Assembly (NCBI GenBank): GCA_951406725.2
Contig: OX597822.1
Coordinates: forward strand, 40,982,001 to 41,046,000
Direction: 5' to 3'
DNA from: Octopus vulgaris
Lineage: Eukaryota
Length of the DNA stretch: 64,000 nucleotides
Shown in pieces: positions 38,378 to 52,217 of this stretch (position 1 is its first letter; every line of letters starts with the position of its first letter). The notes under the pieces are model-generated. The model saw nothing but the letters and a program-made list of their open reading frames with translations. It did not search any database and had not been told where the DNA came from. The position numbers and the translations under genes were made by a program.

Positions 38378-38751
38378 TCTTTTACTTGTTTCAGTCATTT
38401 GACTGTGGCCATGCTGGAGCATCGCCTTTAGTCGAGGATATCGACACCAGGACTTATTCTTTATAAGCCTAGTACTTATTCTATCGGGCTCTTTTGCCGA
38501 ACCGCTAAGTTACGGGGACGTAAACACACCAGCATCGGTTGTCAAGCGATGTTGTGGGGGGGGGGGCAAATACACAAATGTATATATATATATACATATA
38601 TACGACGGGCTTCTTTCAGCTTCCGTCTACCAAATCCACTCACTAGGCTTTGGTCGACACGAGGCTATATTAGAAGACACTTGCCCAAGGTGCCACCCGG
38701 AACTATGTGGTTGGTAAGCAAGCTACATACCACATAGCCACTCCTGCGCCT
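38378..38751 (-). mobile_element. SINE family A, full length
   Basis: Ends with head ...ACCACATAGCCACTCCTGCGCC. Confidence 0.88.
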
Positions 38752-39506
38752 AAAAACTTTTAACAACTTTAACAACTTTTTTGATTTCTCATAATGCATA
38801 CGACACGATGATCAAATGTTCGGACTGCAGTTAATTAATCCACTGCGGTGTTTAATTCGATTATAAAGGTTCAAAATTATTTTAGGAGATAAGACTGTGA
38901 CTGTATGTTAGCCTTTTCTCTCCTATTCTTTCACAATGGATGGATATCTGTCCCCCTATAGATTTATGGAATGCCAACGTATTTGTTTTATGGCCAATGA
39001 GGTGTCTCATCAGTGGAACTTTTCCTTTATTCTCATTAGCCTTCTTTACTTCTACTCTCGCCGATCAAACACCTTACGTGTCCTCAGATTATCTCGATCC
39101 CCTACCATGCCATCTTAGCACCTCACACATATGCTATCACTCCCAACACTCTCCCATAACCACCATCACGACAGACACGGTTATGTACCTTACACATATC
39201 CCTCTCCACCACTCCCACATCTTGCATATCACCCCGTCCCTTACCTTCTGATCTACTCTCCTTCTTGTGCCACTGCTATTTCTCTCACCTTAATCCCTCT
39301 CTCCATGTTGATATTTCCTATCGATTGCACCTCCAGCCTCGCTCTTCATTCAATACATTCACCTCTACCCTCACATTTTTACGAAACACTCCCTCTGCTC
39401 CCTACGGATCCAATGACCTTAACCTTTCTTACGATCACCCTGTACCATGAGAATTTGCGCTGACACGCCATCACTATCATCTTTATCTCTCCCAATTACT
39501 ACAACT

Positions 39507-39692
39507 CACCGGGCGAAATGCTTAGCGGTATTTCGCCCGTCGCTACATTCTGAGTTCAAATTCCACTAAGGTCGACTTTGCCTTTCGTCCTTTCGGGGTC
39601 GATATATTAAGTACCAGTGAAACACTGGGGTCAATGTAATCCACTGGCCCCCACCCCAAATTTCAGGCCTAGTGTCTATAGTAGAAAGGATT
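39507..39692 (+). mobile_element. SINE family B
   Basis: CCGGGCGAAATGCTTAGCGGTATTTCG...GTAGAAAGGATTAT. Confidence 0.85.
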
Positions 39693-40120
39693 ATACTTTA
39701 GACTCTCAGTAACTTGCATAAAGCCCCCTACCTTTCCCTAATGCTCTCTCCCTCGCCTTGGCTTCCCCCCAACACTTCTTCCTTTCATGCCTTGCAAATT
39801 AATTTAATTGATCATACGATGGTCGCCAGCACCACAAAAGCACCCAGTATACATTGTAATGTAGCTAGTAAAAAAAAAATGAAACCCAACCACAGAAACC
39901 CTGCCAAAGCTGACACTAGGCAAAGGCGCAGCCCATCTGCTCGCCAGCTTCTGTGAAGCCGACCAGAAACCAACATGGGATAGGATGTTAAATGATTTTA
40001 TATATGTGTGTGTGTGTGTGTGTTTCCCTTGTTTTACACCATTTTATTCCTTTGGAATAATACCAGTGATATCTTCGAAACATGTGTCGGAAGTAAAAAA
40101 AAAATTTAAATAACACCTCC

Positions 40121-40183
<63 letters not shown>

Positions 40184-40186
<3 letters not shown>

Positions 40187-40348
40187 CGGAGAGCTGGAAG
40201 AGTTAGCACACCGGGCGAAATGCTTAGCGCTATTTAGTCTGTCTTTACGTTTTGAGTTCAAATTCCGTCGAGGTGTACTGGGGTCGATCTAATCGACTGG
40301 CCCATTCCTCAAAAGTTTCGGGCCATGTGCCTAGAGTAGAAAAGGATA
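40184..40348 (+). mobile_element. SINE family B with central deletion
   Basis: Head and tail are present; the central domain is missing after CGAGGT. Confidence 0.78.
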
Positions 40349-41790
40349 TTATATATATATACACTTTTGCAAAAAGTGGGCTGACAGCGACTTCAGAGGC
40401 GGCTAGCAGTCCTAACTTCGAAGTTACTGTCATTCTCTTGTAAAATACACGAGTACTCTACTAAAAGAAAACGATGATAAAGGATTGAGCAATTCTTCAG
40501 GTTAATGTTAAATTGTTTTTATTTATAACTCTCGATATAAAAACATTCATACACTCACACACGTGTGTGTGTGTGTATGTATGTGTATTATATCCAACAA
40601 ACTGTGCCACTACCAGCACTGCCTCTTTTTATCACTCTACATCAACCACCCATCCTCTACCACCCCGCCCACCCAAATACCTGACCGTCATGGTAGGTAA
40701 GAGGAAGATGTGGGGATAGAGGAGGGCCCCAATTAATGTTGTGCAGATAAACCATTTGTGGAAGAACCAGTCAGACCCCCACGCCGCCATTTACAATCTA
40801 CACCACCGCCATCGTGCCCCACCCTCCCCTCTTCCTCCTCCACTCCGCTATTTAAGCTTAATCGTTCTTGACATCTCTGATCTACAAAAACCACCAGCAC
40901 CACCACCTCCTCCTCCTCCTACCCCATACATTAAAGGTAGTAGTGCTGCTACTACTGCTGCGGCTGCCTTTCGTTTGGTTACTGCTGGTGGCGGTGGTAG
41001 TGGTAGTTGTGGTAGTGGTGGTGGTGGTGATGGTGGTGGCAGTAGTAGTAGTAGTAATGGTGTTGATAGTGGTGATGGAGGTGGTGGATAATAAAACTGG
41101 TCTAAGAATTTCAAAATCAATCTGTTATTCTTTACCGAAAAGAGAAAAAGCGCGATGGAAGTAAGACAGACAGACAGGCAGGCAGGCAGACAAACGTTTT
41201 GGAATATCAAGTTACCATCATTCAGGTACCGAGTTCAGTTTCTGATGAGAGCTGTTAGCTCTGGAATGTCAATAAATGAAATAGCAGTGATATACGAAGT
41301 CCGCTGAATGGCTTACAAGCGTTCACCGGTTGCCCGACTTGCTTAAAATCGTAGCCAAATAGCCCTCATGCTGCATGCTCAAAACACATTGGTTAACTGT
41401 GTTTGATTGATAATTTTCACTACAAATGTGAAAATAAAGATAAGATGGTTACGGCTGGAACGCTTTAGTCATGGGTCTGCTTGATTAGAGTTCACTTGAG
41501 GCTTAACGCAAAGAAAGAATGGTTTTGGGTGTTGTTAAATGCTTTTATAGAAACCCTGGTCAGCTTCGATCAAGTAGATTTATGACCCAAGCGTTCCATC
41601 ATTGACCACTGTTTTATTCTCAGTTAATCAATCGTCTCTCCAAGTGACATTATGCGAAGTGTCCTTCCTTATAGGATGAATTAAAAAAAAGGGGGGGGTC
41701 TGGCTGGAGGAGAATTTTAGTAGAATTCCCATGTAGACTAAAACGTGATGTTGTGTAAAGGGGTAAGTAATTCAAAGATATGTGTGCCAA

Positions 41791-42200
41791 TTGGCTGTGT
41801 GGTAAGTAGCTTGTTTCCTAAACACATAGCTGTGGGTTCAGTGCCACTGTGTGACACATTAGGCAAGTGTCTTCTACTATAGCCTCGGGCCGACCAAAGC
41901 CTTGTGGGTGGATTTGGTAGACGGAAACTGAAAGAAGCACGTCGTATTTTTATATGTATATCTATATATTTGTGTGTGTGTGTGTGTGTATCTGTGCTTG
42001 TCCCCCCTCCCACCGTCGCTTGACAACCGATGCTGGTGTGTTTATGACCCCCATAACTTAGCGGTTCGGCAAAAGAAAACCGATAGAGTAAATAGTACCA
42101 GGCTTACAAAGAATAAGTCCTCGGGGTCGATTTCTTCGATTAAAAAGCGGTGCTCCTGCATGGCCGCAGTCAAATGCCTGAAACAAGTAAAAGAGCAAAA
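41791..42200 (+). mobile_element. SINE family A
   Basis: Both arms, with internal TA/TG tract. Confidence 0.88.
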
Positions 42201-42598
42201 AGAGCAAAATAATATATAATGTTGATGATGATGATGATGAGCTGTCCCGTCAATGACGACGTATGAGAGATCAGCTTTTGCCGATCGATCTGCACGAACG
42301 GTTCGTTTGCATGTAATGGTAAATTCCATTGTCTCGACCACGGTCGAACAATGATGATGATGATTGCATTGATCAAATGTATGTGCCGCACGTTAGCTCA
42401 CTGTCCCTCCATCAAATCGACGTTGCTTGAATAGGTGAACGGTGTACCGTGCGTCAGGTGTCGAAGTGATCGCAGAGCAACGTGAGGTGAAGTGTTTTGC
42501 TCAAGAACACAACGCACCAGCCTGTCTAGGAATTGAAACTGGGATATATGCCCTCATACAAACATACACACACGCATATACATGTATTTTATGTACGC

Positions 42599-42636
<38 letters not shown>

Positions 42637-42752
42637 CAAAGTACGAGCAATGGGATTGATGGCATCCAGAAGATGGCTGCCCCTGTGTCAAAATTTGAAA
42701 CCATTATTATGACTGTGTGTGTGTGTGAGAGGGAGAGAGGGAGGGAGGGAGG

Positions 42753-42791
<39 letters not shown>

Positions 42792-43261
42792 GTGGAACAG
42801 AATCCCTTGTGAGAGAAAAAAATTTACTCAAAATATATATTATAGTTTAAAGACTTAGTTGTTAGCAAGGAACTTTCAGTTTTGAAAGAGAGATGGGGGT
42901 GGAGAGTGAGAGGGGTGTCTGTGTCTGACTAAGCATGTACGAAGTAATACAGAATTTGTCACTATCGAAAATTGTCCCAATCTGGGTCAAGACGTACACT
43001 CGTGTGTGTAGTATGTTTGTATGCGTGTTTGTGTGTGTGTGTACCTACATACCACTGCAGGTATACATCTATATATATTTTGCGTCTGATTAGCTAGGTG
43101 TGTATATTATACAGGATATCTGCATGTATGCTTATATTTCATAGGATGGCGTGTGTGTGTGTGTGTGTGTGTGTGTATAGCAATAAGAAAATGGAGGGGA
43201 TCAATTGGTGGTTCATCAACTTTTAGACATTATATTGTGTTAACTTATTTATTTACTATAC

Positions 43262-43301
<40 letters not shown>

Positions 43302-43794
43302 ATATGAATTTATTTGTGTGTCTTAATGTTATATTCATGTAGGTATTATGTACGCATATCTACATATGAAAGTGTGCAAGCATGTATATACGTATGTATA
43401 TGTTCATGTGTGTGTTGTGAGAGAGGTGTATGTGTGTGTGTTTGTGTGTGCATGAAAGTGTGCAAAGCAGTGGAGCGTATCTTATGTCTCTGACAACGAA
43501 GACATTAACCTGACAGAGTCAGGTGTGCTAAACCAAGTAAAAAAAAAAAGAAAGAAAAAGAAATGATATACCCGACAAACAAATAAATACTTTACCACCC
43601 TGCTTTTCCTACGAGGTGGTGGCAGTAAATTTTCCTCTTAAATAAACAACACCACAATATACAATAATATTGATTCGTTGTTTACGTGATTCTAATAGAG
43701 CTAAACTATAGAGAGGGGGGCGGCTTCGTTTCAGGATGAATGATGCACAATAAAAGGTGAGATGAGAGGTGTATACACACAGAGACTAGCTAAT

Positions 43795-43833
<39 letters not shown>

Positions 43834-45725
43834 GTGTGTGCGTGTATGTGTGTGCGTGTGCGTGTGTGAAGATAGATAGATAGATAGATAGACAGTGAAA
43901 ATAAATTAAAAGAAATAAGATGGTAGAGAAAACGGTTAGTCAATTAGACGCAGAACACTTCTCGTCAACCAAGGAGTCCAGAATCAACGTAGTTTCGGCG
44001 CAATTAAGTCGAGGGATTGATCCCATATGACCACTGTTCTAGATGTGCCGGTGACATCACTGAGGTAGTGGGCATTATGAGAAAACAACCAAAAACATGG
44101 AAAATAACATAGGAGTGACACGGCACGTTAAAGACAATAATAGATGTGTTTATAGTTCAAGGGAAAATGAAGGCAGTATTTATTGGTTTTCGACCTGGAA
44201 TAGAATGGAACGATAGACACGTAACCCTCGTCGGAATAAAAGTTAAATGAAAGGAAACGGAAGAGCGGGACAGGGAGGAAAAAAAAACTAAAGAGAAGGA
44301 GAGAAAGGGGGCAGGAAAGAGGTGGTGAGTCGAATAAGAAGATGAGAATATGACTTTCGAACTCTTATAATAAGTGCATTTATTAGACATCGAATACCTT
44401 GGATGTTAGACTGCAGTAGAAGGCACTTGCCCAAGGTGCCACGCAGTGGCACTGAACCTACAGCTATGTGGTTAGGAAACAAGCTACTTACCACACAGCC
44501 ACTTGGCACACGTCTTTGAAATACTTAGCCCTTTACACATCACGTTCTAGTTTACATGGGAATTGTACTAAAATTCTCTGGAAGCATTTTTTTGAAAAAA
44601 AAATGCATTTTTCAAGGAGAGGTGCAAAACTGCATTAACCCCCAATAAATGGATGAGAACTATTGCTATAATAAATAAATCATCTGTGCGGGTTGTTTAG
44701 CAAGTAATTGCAGAACTCTTATCTGTCGTTTACGAGAGGAAAGTTTACGATAACTAGTGATGCATGAATATTCACCCACCTTCGTGTAGGATATTAGGTC
44801 GATCAAGTAAGCCTGTTTACTCTTCAACGAGTTGGTCGTCGTGGAAGAATGAGTGGAACATATCTTCAAATCAAAGACATGGTTTGAGTCTTTTGTTTCA
44901 GTCAATAGACTGCGGCCACCTTGAAGAACTTTTTAGCTGAATGAATCGGCGCCAATACCTTTCTTTTTTTAAATTTGATCGGGTCTTTTTTGCTGAATCG
45001 TTAAATTGCGGGAACGTAATGAAAGCAACACCGGTTGTCAAAAGTGAGACTTTCGCCTCAGCTGACCAAAACCTCGTGAGTGAATTTGGTTGATGGAGAC
45101 TGTGGAAGCCAGTGTATATGCATGTATCTTCGTGTCTGTCCCTCTCCACATCTTCTCATCTGGTGTTGGTTTGTTTACACTGCAGTTCAGCAAAAGAGAA
45201 CGATAGAATAAGTGCCAGGTTGAAAAAAATAAGTATCGGTGTCCATTCATTTAACCAAATTCTTCAAGGCAGTGTCCATCATAGCCGCAGTCCAATGATT
45301 AAAGCAAACAAAAAGACGGATACTTGAACAAATACGTGTGTATGCAGTTAATCTGGTTCTATAGGGCAAAGTTACAGGATAAGTGAGACGAAACTACGCT
45401 AATTCTGGATCCCATCTATTCCAGAAAAATTTTGCAAAAATTGTTACAGGTGTTCAAATTTTGACAATTTCCAGAATTTTCAGCCAATCAAAACAGTGCG
45501 TTCGCTGCCTCTTATATCACCAGGGGGCGGGAGGAGGCATCGGCATGTCAAAACATTAAACTAAAAATTGTTGAGTGCGAGTTCCATCTGTTATGAAAAC
45601 AAACAATTGCAGAACAAGTGGTGGTTACACTTTGTGCGCATGCGCAGCATCTTTGGTTACTATGAAAACAGTTCTTCGCAATCAGCTATGGAACACGTGG
45701 TGCCTCTTTGATTTGGTAACTAATA

Positions 45726-45955
45726 TATTTCTTTATTGCCCACAAGGGGCTAAACATAGAGGGGACAAACAAGGGCAGACAAACGGATTAAGTCGATTAC
45801 ATCAACCCCAGTGCGAAACAGGTACTTTATTTATCGACCCCAAAGGATGAAAGGCAAAGTCGACCTCGGCGGAGTTTGAACTCAGAACGTAACGACAGAC
45901 GAAATACCGCTAAGCATTTCGCCCGGCGCGCTAACGTGTCTGCCAGCTCGCCGCC
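45726..45955 (-). mobile_element. SINE family B, full length with TSD
   Basis: 14-bp direct repeat TTTGGTAACTAATA at 45712-45725 and 45962-45975. Confidence 0.9.
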
Positions 45956-47051
45956 CCTTTCTTTGGTAACTAATAGAAACAGACTTCTTCGCCACAGTGA
46001 TGTCTAAAATACTCGCTTCTGATTGGCTAAAACCCAAATTTTGCAAATTTTAAAGGCTAATAACTTTTTAATCATAGATTTATAGGGAAAATGAATTTCA
46101 TTTTCGTAACTAGAATACAAAACTTAATCTATAAACCAAATTTGAAAACAACTGGAACAAAATCGTAGAGTGACAAAAACCACAAAAATCCGAAAAAAAA
46201 AAAAAAAAAGAAAAGTTGGAGAATGATATAAAATGTAAAAGAGGCAGAATAATCTAGATAATTGTAGACTAGTGCAGCTAACACCATTTCATGGCACCGA
46301 TGTATCCAGCCAGTTGTAATTATTTTGACCAGGTTTCATTGTCTGTAGCCAACACGGTGTCGTGATGTGCTGCTTGTCTTCTACCCTGTGTGTGTGTGTG
46401 TGTGTTCGGTCAGACCTACCAAGACACACTGTAAGCCTCACAGTCACAAAACAGCATCAACACACCACCAATACCTCAACCACAATGAACACCACCACTA
46501 CCAAGACTACAACCACCAACCCCTCTACGCCAATATATACACTGGCAAATTGTCATCATATCCCTCCCCCGTTCCTTTACTTGCCTCGCTCGCATTTGAT
46601 CGTCTCACCACATTGTCAACTGTTGCATATGTACCCCGACGACCACACCACGTCACCTGGTCGTAATTACCGCCAGCGCCGCCGCCACGACTGCTAGTAG
46701 AATTGTTATTGTAGTGACTGCTACTACATGTTTTAAGAGGTTCTAAGTAGCTACTTAAACACAATTACACAGTTTCACCTGTCTCTCTACCTGGCTGGTT
46801 GGCTGGCTGCGTCACTACACTCTCTCTCTCTCTCTCATACACACACACATATTTACATACTTCCACACAAGAGTTGTGCGGAGTATTTATGAGTGTGTAG
46901 TTATGGGCACACACACAAACACAGACAGATAGATATACACATTTAGACAAATAGATAGACAACCGGATAGTCAGACACATTTACAAACGGACAGACATGC
47001 GCGCACGCACACACAAGCACTATTTTTTTTTTTTTTTTTAATTATTATTCG

Positions 47052-47249
47052 TACCGGACGAAATGATTAGTGGTATTTCGCCCGTCACTACGTTCTGAGT
47101 TCAAATTCTGACGAGGTCGACTTTACCTTTCATCCTTTTGGGGTCGATAAATTAAGTACCAGTTACACACTGGGGACCAACGTAATCGATTATCCTCCTT
47201 CCCCCTAATTTCAGGCCTTGTGCCTATAGTACAAAGGATTATTATTATT
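47052..47249 (+). mobile_element. SINE family B with (ATT)n tail
   Basis: Colinear with the 39507 copy. Confidence 0.85.
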
Positions 47250-47415
47250 ATTGAGAGAGAGCAGTGAATACCATCAAAGTGACACTGGGATAAAATATAC
47301 GAAGCCCAGTATACCCATCATGACTACCCGTGTGATAAGGGTACACCAGACATATGCATCACAACCATATGTGAGCGACATGGTGATCTCATATCAAGAT
47401 AAACACTGCGTGATC
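47250..47415. mobile_element. Family E repeat, partial
   Basis: Reverse complement of ~21375-21540. Confidence 0.75.
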
Positions 47416-47449
47416 ATCATCATTATTATTATTATTATTATTATTATTC

Positions 47450-47662
47450 AGTAGTTTTATTTTTATTTTTATAGCGTGCTTTCACTTCACTACCGAGCGC
47501 AGCTCTGTGTGCCTTGGGTATGTGCTGTGATTTGTTGTGATGCTCTGATGGTTATTGTATGGAAAGTGTTCTGCGTAGGATGTGTGCAGTGCCTAGTAGT
47601 GCAATTTTCTGTATGTTATATGTGTTTGTAAGTCCTGGTGTTTTTGTTATGTATTTGTCTGA
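47450..47662 (-). mobile_element. 5'-truncated R4/Dong-like LINE (ORF C-terminus plus 3' UTR) in (TAA)n
   Basis: SDKYITKTPGLTNTYNIQKIALLGTAHILRRTLSIQ* (stop 47552-47554), ~100 nt 3' UTR, (TAA)n on both flanks. Confidence 0.8.
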
Positions 47663-47707
<45 letters not shown>

Positions 47708-48859
47708 TGATTCGGCCTCGTGCAACTTAAAGTTTCGTAGGCTCGAGTTGCATGGGGGCAAGTCAAAACTATTTCAAATAATAATATATGTAACTCCTAC
47801 TAAATGTGTGAAGTGCCCCTTCCGATTGTCCACTTAATTGTGTGCGTACATACATAAATATACACACACACTGTTTTATATATAAATATATGTATGTATA
47901 CCTATATATATATATGTATATAAACATGCATATATGGGTACAGGATATAAAAAAAAAACGTCAACAAAATGAGAAACGAGACAGGCAACATAAAGAACAT
48001 TCTCTTCATCAGTTGTCCCCTGTTTATCTACTCTGCATTTCGAAGGTAGGGACTATGTATGTGTGTATATATATATAGGAAGTGTATGTGTTTTATATCC
48101 ATGCAAGGCTGTAATGTATTTTACACGTTACCATGTAGCACACATTGCAACATGTTTCCATGGTCGGATCGTCGTTGGTTAAACTGCTAATTCCGCTCCA
48201 TCATGCTTGCTTGCTACAAAGGAGTTACTACTATAAACCCAACAGGATAAAAGCAAAACCGTGTTACAGAAAATTTAGCAAGAGTGTGCGGGGACATGAT
48301 GAACGGGGGTGGTGTCAGACAACTAGAAGTGATGAGTAAAATCGTATTCTCTAACTGTGGCGAAGGAAGGTTATCTAGAAGGAGGGTGGGTCACTTCGAA
48401 TAGAAACCTGATCGGTTAACCATTTGTATCTAATAATCCTGACAGCTGCTGTCCTTTCAGTGATGATGTATATGACCAAGTAAGGCAGTGTGGAGTGATG
48501 TATAAGCCAAGTCTTCCTTTTCTTATCGATATCTTAAATTGTTGGTCGCCATAGATCATCCCCTTAATAGCGCTGAACTTAAAAATACCCCCACATCATT
48601 TGGGTGAGTTCAGTTGGACTAAAATGTCACATTCCCAATGCGACCCATTAATAAATGATGAGGAGGCGCCGACAGTGAAAGCGAGCAAGGAGCCGTAATC
48701 AGATTCCACAGTAAGCGTCTTCTTCGTAAAAGGTAACATGCTTGGGAAAAGGTCTATCTGCAGATATGAAGATGGCGCTTGTAGACCATCACATTCGGCT
48801 GACGTCCTGTCAACATAAGTGTGTGTGTGTGTGTGTAATTAAACAAAATAATATATATA

Positions 48860-49250
48860 TCTTTATATATAAAAGAGAAGTTGTGTGTCTGTCTCCTACG
48901 ATTTACATTCCTAACTACTCCCACATTTTGCGGTGCAGTTTAACCAAAACCGGGTATCTTATAGTCGTGATTCATATCGAGCCCTTCTGGGTATTAGCGC
49001 GAGTCTACGATGAGTCTACGATTTAAAAAAAAATTTACCATCAATTTTTCCCATTTTTAATGCATTTTTGGCATATATAAGGGAAGTAACTCTCTAAAAA
49101 TTTATTAAATCTCAGAACGTAAAAAAGCTACAGTAACACCCCCCCATTGTGGTTAGCCATATTGAGATGGCTATTATACTTTACATCTCTAAAAATGCTT
49201 ATATAGTTATTTCCCTTACAAACCCGAGCAACGCCGGGCGATACTGCTAG
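48860..49250 (+). mobile_element. Non-autonomous Helitron
   Basis: A|TC 5' start, subterminal hairpin CCCGAGCAACGCCGGG, 3' CTAG|T, inserted in a TA-rich site. Confidence 0.85.
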
Positions 49251-50671
49251 TATATATATATATAATTAAACAAAAGAGTAGTGAGAGATGAAATGTTTAT
49301 TTCCATTTGTTGACAGCTGTTTCGTAATCTGTACCGTAATTAGTGCCCATGTCCTATGTTCTGTCTGTAACTTAGCGATGTTATAAACAAACATTACTAC
49401 AAGAAGTACAGGAGTCGATGTGATCGGCTAAGAGCCTCCAGATGACCACAGTCGAATCACAGAACCCATGAAAAGACTGTACCTTGTATATCCGTGTCTC
49501 TGATTACGTAAAACTCATACCGTTTCAAAACACGTAACTAAGTGGTTCCGCAAACAGACACTGATAAAATAAGTCACAAACTGAAATAAGTGTAATAAAG
49601 TATAAGTTTTGAAGGTTATGCTCCTAAAATAAAGAATGTAGACACACACACACACATATTTTGTTTCATATATATATACACACAGAGATATATGGTTGGG
49701 GTATCTATGCAACTTCAGGGAAGCCATCTAGACACCTCATTGCTATTAGTTTTTGCAACTCCTAACATTCATTTTCTCTTTCTCTCTCCTTCCCATACGA
49801 GGTAATGACTAAGCTCATCAGACCCTCTAAAAGGACCTACACTACATGCTCCTTTCCATAGTTCAATCCCTCGTCCACAAGCAAGACGCTGGCAACCACA
49901 CCAGTCCTCAACTCCAGGGCTTGTCGTTCTGCAAACTTCACGGCAACCTCAATAATGCAGGTTGCACGGAAGAAAAATCTCCAGTCCCCGCTGTAAAATG
50001 GTTGGTGTTATAGGAAGGGTATCCAGTCGTAGAAACCATTAGAACATGATGCAAGCACTTGGACCCATTGGATCTTGTCAAACTGTCCAATCTGGTGAGT
50101 TTACGTGCCCGGAACTTATTCTCTCAGTCTCTTTAGCCGAACCGCTAAGTACCGGGCTTTACAAAACAAACAACTACAGGGATCGATTCATTCCGACAAA
50201 AAATTCTTCAAGGTGGTGCCCCAGCATGGCCGCAGTCAAAATGACTGAAACAAATAAAAGAATATGTACACGCGCGCGTGCATGCATGCATACTTACACA
50301 CACGACTAGTAAAGAGAAAATTTCGGCTAAATACCGAAATTTTCAGCAGTCGCCATCATTATCCACAGAAATGAGATAATGAAAGAATTAGAAAGATTTC
50401 TTAGCCATTATCTCTACAACAACAACAGCAACGCCAACTACTGCTTCTACAACTACTACTACAGTAATGGCAAAAACTGTAACAACCACTTAGTAATAAC
50501 AAAAGCGGTGACTATATATAAGATAAACAACAAGTTTATAGTGCATGACGTGTAATGTGCGTGTGTATGTGTCAACATATACGTTCCATAACACAATATG
50601 TGTGTAAGTATATGTACATTATGCGTATAGATATATGTAATGTGTATTGTACGTGCTCTGTGTGTGTGTGT

Positions 50672-50727
<56 letters not shown>

Positions 50728-51542
50728 TGTGCGCGTGGTTTTCCTTTCTATAATAATTCTATATAATGCTTATGAGTGCCGTGATAAGAAAACATTTCAC
50801 AAATAGCATATTCAAGAACAGGTGGGGGGTGGACTAGATAGACAGATACAGGGCCAGGAATTTACGGCCAAGGTCAGGCACAGTGAGAGAGAGAGAGAAA
50901 CACAGGGTTTGTTAGTTGGATCCTTCTTACACGTCCATCGGTTTGAATGTCGTCCACAAGTCTCACAAGATTTAGATTAATCCACGGCTAAGGTAAGACG
51001 AACATCACTTTCCCAAGATGCCGAACAGTGGGATTGAACCAGAAAACTTATGACTGGACAACGAATCTACGGTGTCACGCACACACATTCATTCTGGAGA
51101 CAACGAGTTACACACACGTGGGCAAAACACACGCGCACAAAGTTTCAGTGTTGCGACAAGCCCCGACGTGGTCGCTACAAGAAATAGCAGTCAAATCTCC
51201 ATCAGCTCGCACCTAAACGACTTCTATAACAAAAGGACGCATTGTGTAACGTATTCCTCGATATATCCTAAAATGGCGTATTGGACACGGCCAGAAAGTC
51301 TTTGCTCATATCTCTGCTGAAACAGTATTGACCTGGACTTAAGCAACAACACAAACGAACTGAATTAGGTAGAGAATAAGAAGAGACTGCAGCAACAGAG
51401 GATAACTACCACTAAGAATCATGGAGAGCGTCAGGAGAGGTCAGGAGTGGGAAGCTTAACATTTTGGACTGAAGCTCTCCATCGGAATACAGAAAAAATA
51501 TCGCAGGGTCTGTAGGCTGTATATCAAACTGAGCCTATAGGT

Positions 51543-51846
51543 CGTTGGTTCTCAACCGGGGTCTATATAAGATTGGAGGGGGGAGGGAGGACAAACAAAA
51601 TAATCAGCTGGGGATGCACAGTAATATATTAAGGGTTCACGAAAAAAAAATTTGTTTTAGATGAATTTATTGAAAGAAACAGCTAGGTTTCTTTCTCGAA
51701 CACTTTACATAATTTGAACTATGTTAGGGTGTGAAAAGCTAAGTAGCAATTTTGAAAGGAGTATCTATACATTGAATGGCTATAAGGGTCCACCAGAATA
51801 AAATAGTAATCGAAGGGGTCGAAAAGTAAACTGTTGTAGACGACTG
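51543..51846. mobile_element. Decayed hAT-like MITE
   Basis: TGGTTCTCAACC at the left end and GTTGTAGACGACTG at the right; no TSD recoverable. Confidence 0.4.
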
Positions 51847-52156
51847 TACGTCAGACCATTGGTGCCTATAGGTTTTATGCCAAGCCAAAAGCATGTAGGG
51901 TACAAGTCAGTCAATGGGACTGGCTGTTGGCTATGGTGGAAGACAACAACAGTTCAAACTTGACACTTTGCTTGCCTCACCACAAACAAGTAAATAAACA
52001 GACAGCTAGAAGTAGATAGGAAGATGTAATTTGACAAACGGACATAGAAGAGACCGGACACAGAGCAGACAGACAGGCAAGCAAATATACGTAACATGGA
52101 TGAAGAAGACAGACATGCAGAAGGCAGTAGCAGTAGTAGTAGTAGTAAGGACTTAC

Positions 52157-52217
52157 CTTTAGTTATTGCCGCTAAATGTAAATACAGCAGAAGTAATAAT
52201 CCAAAACCTTTATCCAT
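52157..52217 (-). CDS. First coding exon (signal peptide) of a secreted or cell-surface protein
   Basis: ATG at 52217 with an in-frame TAA two codons upstream; MDKGFGLLLLLYLHLAAITK plus split codon G; perfect donor AAG|GTAAGT (GT at 52156-52155), phase 1; lies in a repeat-free block. Confidence 0.65.

Noticed and set aside
40741-41210. Pro/Gly/Ala-rich ORFs
   Set aside because: Produced by trinucleotide repeats (CCT, GGT, AGT); no splice signals or domain.
41238-41272. CTGATGA-GAGCT-GTT-AGCTC hammerhead candidate
   Set aside because: GAAA is absent (TGGAA follows) and stems I and III are missing; the flank resembles a decayed SINE B B-box region.
44061-44080. let-7-like start TGAGGTAGT; also miR-125-like TCCCTGAGAC at ~10760 and a miR-317-like string at ~20308
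   Set aside because: Only short or seed-mismatched similarity and no pre-miRNA hairpin.
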